Part shown: one piece after another, positions 26,743 to 30,208 of the stretch
How the letters are laid out: every line of letters starts with the position of its first letter
Position numbering within the stretch: position 1 is the stretch's first letter
NCBI GenBank assembly: GCA_038153405.1
Contig: JAYOYH010000052.1
Coordinates: forward strand, 1-30,208
Origin: Gemmatimonadota bacterium
Lineage (GTDB): Bacteria; Latescibacterota; UBA2968; UBA8231
Reading direction: 5' to 3'
Length of the DNA: 30,208 nt
Position numbers and translations under genes: made by a program
Notes under the pieces: model-generated
What the model was told of the DNA's origin: nothing
The model's input: only the letters and a program-made list of their open reading frames with translations
The model's database searches: none

Positions 26743-27831
26743 GTGAAAGGCTTTTTTCAACATATGGTTGATCGACAACAGGCTAGTAGAGGTGGTTTGC
26801 TGCCTGCGCGCAGCAGTCATCCACCGAGCGCTACAGAGCAAGCTGCAATCGCCGTGCATGTCGAAGAATACAAGACGCGAGGGTTTACCGTGCTGCGCGA
26901 AGTGCTCTCCGCGGCCGAAGTGGATATGCTGCGGACTCGCCTAGACGAGCGCATGGACGCAAAAATGAAGGCTCATCTTGGCGAACTTGATGGAGAGCCG
27001 GCCACCGGTGCCGATTGGGCGAGGGCGGGTCACACCGTTAGCATCGGCGGCTCCGACGACTCGGCTCTTATTGGCTATCCCGGGCTCCTAGCAGCGGCGC
27101 CGGAAGTGGCCGAATTGCTCATCAAGCCTTTCTTGCTCAGCCCGCGCCTGCTCGATCTGGCCGAGCGCGTTATGGGACCTTACGTACAGGGTGATGGTTT
27201 TTATGTGGTCGGCACGCCTCCAACGGAATTCACGGGACGCGAGCCGGGTATCCTACCGCATGCGCAACTGGTTGATGAAACGGCAGGCTGGCATCGCGAT
27301 GGGTATAACCATCACAATATGTGGCGCAATAACGCGGGGTATATGGATGATTTGGTTGCCGGCAACCAGCCGTTTACACCGCCACTCGCTGCGCATATGC
27401 TCTGCTATTTGCAGGACATGGATGGCCCGGGTGGGCCGCTGCTAGCGGTCCCCGGTTCACACCGTTCTGCCATGGGGGACAAACCAGTAGGGACGGAAAA
27501 AGAGGCGGTGGTTCAGGTAGATGCCAAGGCCGGTGATGTCGTCTTTTTTCACTGCGATATGCTGCACTCAGGTTCTGCTAACCGGGCAGAAACGGCTTGG
27601 CGCTATATGGTGACTTCTTTTGTCGTGCGTGCCGGCCTGCCGCATCGCGATGACTTTACCGAATGTCCGCTCGTGCGGGCGCTGGTCGCCGAAGCCGAGG
27701 CGCGCGGCGATCGGCGCGTGCTGCGCTTTTTCGCCGCCGATACGGAAGGCGGCGGACCGCTGACTCGAGAAGAAGTGCAGTGGGCCGCTGCAGTAGAGGC
27801 CGAGAGGAAGCTGCTGCGCACGGTTTCTTGA
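26743..27831 (+). CDS. Phytanoyl-CoA dioxygenase (PhyH) family Fe(II)/2-oxoglutarate dioxygenase
   Basis: YKTRGFTVLREVLS, WHRD (HxD), LCYLQD...GPLLAVPGSH, AKAGDVVFFHCDMLHSGSAN...R. Start uncertain (ATG 26764 possible). Confidence 0.85.
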   Translation: MKGFFQHMVDRQQASRGGLLPARSSHPPSATEQAAIAVHVEEYKTRGFTVLREVLSAAEVDMLRTRLDERMDAKMKAHLGELDGEPATGADWARAGHTVSIGGSDDSALIGYPGLLAAAPEVAELLIKPFLLSPRLLDLAERVMGPYVQGDGFYVVGTPPTEFTGREPGILPHAQLVDETAGWHRDGYNHHNMWRNNAGYMDDLVAGNQPFTPPLAAHMLCYLQDMDGPGGPLLAVPGSHRSAMGDKPVGTEKEAVVQVDAKAGDVVFFHCDMLHSGSANRAETAWRYMVTSFVVRAGLPHRDDFTECPLVRALVAEAEARGDRRVLRFFAADTEGGGPLTREEVQWAAAVEAERKLLRTVS

Positions 27832-27872
27832 GCTCGGTTACCTACCTTGGGCTCGCCGCGTTAACCTCCATC

Positions 27873-28727
27873 CTATCGGGATGCCATCGCCGCGCGCAAC
27901 ACCTCGGCGATCGGACTGTGGCCTTCGCGAACGGCCATATCTAGCGGCGTCTCGCCCGCATAGGGCTCGAACAGCAGCCGTTGAAATGATGTCTTCGGCC
28001 ACATGAGCGCGGCGACGTCCGTTGGCCAGTCGACGAATTGTTTCGGTTCGATCATCCTGCTCGCGGTGCGCAGGGTGGGGTCGGCACCGTGCGCCAATAG
28101 AAGGTGCACCTGCCGTATATTGCCGAAGCGCGCGGCAAAGTGGAGCGGCGTTTCGCGACCGAATTGGACAAAGTGCTCATTGTCCATAATGGGTGCATCG
28201 TCTAAACCCGACAGGGCCTGGACATTGACGTTGGCACCTGCTCGGATGAGCGCATGCGCGCGGGCCAGATGGGCATCGTCGTCGTGGCGCGCCTGCACGT
28301 GCAGCAGGCTTTCACCGTTGTGCGGCCAGGCGCTATTGGGATCTAAGCCGTGCTCGAGCATCAGAAAGAAGCTGTCCAGTCCCGTCACGCCGACGGCGTG
28401 AAAGCCCAAATAACTGGGCTGATTGACGTCGATTCCTCGCTCTATGAAATACGCGTTAATCGCATAGTCTTCGCTGGGCCAGTGCGTGCCCCACTTTCCG
28501 TTGGTCAGGTCGGCCCCGGCCTCGACGAGCGCTTTTACCTTGTCCAAATCGCGTAGGGGGTTGCTGGCGACAAAGAGCGGGCTCCACCGGCGCACGGACC
28601 CGCTCTTCAGCGTGCAGTCGACGGGCACTGATACTAGGCCCGGTTCCTGCAAGAGCCAGGTGCGCACGCGCTCGATAGGAGCCGTTTGAAACTCACTTTT
28701 CCAAACGGTGGCGATCTCTACGTTCAA
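27873..28727 (-). CDS. Ankyrin repeat protein
   Basis: GESLLH...LIRAGANVN; ETPLHFAARFGNIRQVHLLLAHGADP; GETPLDMAVREGHSPIAEVLR. Confidence 0.85.
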   Translation of the reverse strand: MNVEIATVWKSEFQTAPIERVRTWLLQEPGLVSVPVDCTLKSGSVRRWSPLFVASNPLRDLDKVKALVEAGADLTNGKWGTHWPSEDYAINAYFIERGIDVNQPSYLGFHAVGVTGLDSFFLMLEHGLDPNSAWPHNGESLLHVQARHDDDAHLARAHALIRAGANVNVQALSGLDDAPIMDNEHFVQFGRETPLHFAARFGNIRQVHLLLAHGADPTLRTASRMIEPKQFVDWPTDVAALMWPKTSFQRLLFEPYAGETPLDMAVREGHSPIAEVLRAAMASR

Positions 28728-28871
28728 CGGTGCTGCTCCAAATGTGAATGCGGTGCACTGAGTAGGTATATGTTCATTCGCAATAAGCTACCTGCTACAT
28801 AAAAACGGCTATGCCCACCGTGCGCAATATTCGATGAGTTGCAGGTGGGCTATAAATACTGCGGGTCTCTC

Positions 28872-29579
28872 TTAGGCCTGCAAGCGCTGGGTAGCGCGTC
28901 GGCCAGCGTAAATGAGCAACGCTAGTAGGCCGAGTGAGAGCAGCAGCTCCCACGGGGGACGCTGGCGGTCGAATAGGGCGCGCCAGTCTTGTAGCTGGCT
29001 GCCAATATAGGCGGCAAAGAGGGTGCGCGGCAGCAGGCCGACAAGGGAGGATAGCCAGGTAATGGTTGGCGAGAGCGGCAGGCGCGCACAGACCAGGTTG
29101 GTCAGCGCAAACGGCATGTGAGGCGCCAGGCGCAGCAGGGCGATAGCTGTGGGCAAGAACGCGCCGGCAGTGTTGATCAGGCGTTGGTAGGCAGACCACC
29201 ATTCTGGCTTGCGCAGCAGCAGCACTTCGAGAAAGCTGGTGCTGAAGAGGCGCCCCAGTCCCAGTCCCAGTGCCGTAGCCCAAGCCAATCCACCCCCCGC
29301 GGCCATGTAGGGCCAGATGCCCGGTAGTAGATAGCCGCAGATGGCGCCAAAGAAGAACGACGGCAGCAGAGCCAAGCCGACGACGGCACCGCCTGCTCCG
29401 ATCAGTGCTGTACAGAGCAATAGCGGGGTAATATCTGTGAGAAGGTGCATGTAGGAAGATCCGCTCAGGCTCACGAGCGTCATGCCGACAAGGGGGCCTC
29501 CTACGGCGAGGCCGGCAATGGCCAACGCCGTGAGTTGGCGAGCGGTGTTCCCGCGCGATACCGGTTCGTTTGAATCCAT
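28872..29579 (-). CDS. DedA/TVP38/VTT family membrane protein
   Basis: GLALLPS....AICGY, LLRLAPHMPFALTNL, GLLPRTLFAAYIG; multiple hydrophobic segments. Confidence 0.85.
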   Translation of the reverse strand: MDSNEPVSRGNTARQLTALAIAGLAVGGPLVGMTLVSLSGSSYMHLLTDITPLLLCTALIGAGGAVVGLALLPSFFFGAICGYLLPGIWPYMAAGGGLAWATALGLGLGRLFSTSFLEVLLLRKPEWWSAYQRLINTAGAFLPTAIALLRLAPHMPFALTNLVCARLPLSPTITWLSSLVGLLPRTLFAAYIGSQLQDWRALFDRQRPPWELLLSLGLLALLIYAGRRATQRLQA

Positions 29580-29886
29580 TATGCGCCGTTTGGAATATGC
29601 GCAGTCAATCGGGACTGCGGCCAGCGGGCGTCTTTTGTCTGCACTGACATATGGGCACGATTCTTTGTTGAGAGGTGAGACACGCTACCCTGATTCTATA
29701 CGCATCCCAGCGCAATACAAGCTGGCAGGGCGATATTTTGCATGGTTTTTCCGCATGGGAATGATAAGCAGTGCGCGGTGTTGATAGTGTGATAGCGCTC
29801 GCCTCAGCTATTATTGACAGCCTGTAGCATTTATAAGACATTGATCGCCGCCACTTATTTACAACGGTCATACACGGGGAAAAAAC

Positions 29887-30208
29887 GTGCACATTAGCTA
29901 TATAACGGCCGAAATGAACGATGATTTCGCGCGCGCAGTGGAAGTGGGCGCGCGAGCCGGAGTCGAGGTCGTTTCGCTGCGCTCGCCGGTTTGGGACGAG
30001 GAGTTGGAATCGTTGAACGAGGAGCAGGTCAACCGCGTGCGGGCCACATTGGATGCGCACGGTATGCGCCCTGGCATGCTGCTGTCGCCAGTGGGCAAAT
30101 GTTCAATTATCGATGAGAAAAAAATCGCCGACAGTGAAGACAAGCTCAAACGAACCGTCGAGCTGGCCCGCTGTTTGGGCAGCAATTCCGTGCGCGTATT
30201 TCCCTTTA
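29887..30208 (+). CDS. Sugar phosphate isomerase/epimerase (xylose isomerase-like TIM barrel), truncated by window end
   Basis: Not in the ORF track. GTG at 29887 after GGGGA; my translation MHISYITAEMNDDFARAVEVG...SPVGKC...LKRTVELARCLGSNSVRVFPF stays open to the window end. Confidence 0.8.
   Translation, partial: MHISYITAEMNDDFARAVEVGARAGVEVVSLRSPVWDEELESLNEEQVNRVRATLDAHGMRPGMLLSPVGKCSIIDEKKIADSEDKLKRTVELARCLGSNSVRVFPF

Noticed and set aside
29814..29842. TTGACA upstream of the final gene as a promoter
   Set aside because: No good -10 hexamer at 16-18 bp spacing; TATAAG is only 12 bp away.
1..30208. CRISPR array, dif site, IS element or integron attC array
   Set aside because: No regularly spaced repeats, dif consensus, transposase ORF or convincing attC structures were seen by eye.

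Overview
Bacterial chromosomal window from a GC-rich organism. The Bacteroidota-type TonB/ExbD proteins, an Ig-like lipoprotein and secreted proteins ending in F(T/S)PNGDG/FlgD-Ig domains suggest an FCB-group lineage such as Latescibacterota; this is inference only. The left ~17.4 kb is housekeeping: TPR-exbB-exbD-exbD-tonB; nrdR and class II ribonucleotide reductase nrdJ with two NrdR boxes; map plus an MBL hydrolase; topA-xerC-hslV-hslU followed by a lipoprotein and a pilin-like gene; thyA-pheA; tRNA-Cys and tRNA-Leu. The right ~12.8 kb starts at the tRNA-Leu 3' end and looks like a decayed integration hot spot. It has two frameshifted tyrosine-integrase fragments, a degenerate copy of the tRNA 3' end, and heptamer direct-repeat pairs with 11-bp period at cargo boundaries. 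The genes there encode a GT-C/YfhO-like membrane protein, a tandem pair of paralogous secreted proteins with a shared C-terminal domain, an NAD(P)-binding protein with a degenerate Rossmann motif, a PhyH-family dioxygenase, an ankyrin protein, a DedA/VTT protein and a truncated sugar-phosphate isomerase. The most notable observations are the secreted-protein pair next to a GT-C gene, the integrase relics, pheA with a probable CTG start and a degenerate Phe-binding ACT domain, and a pilin-like gene lacking the prepilin-cleavage Gly. No CRISPR array, rRNA or intact mobile element was seen. All calls come from motif recognition by eye; no searches were run.
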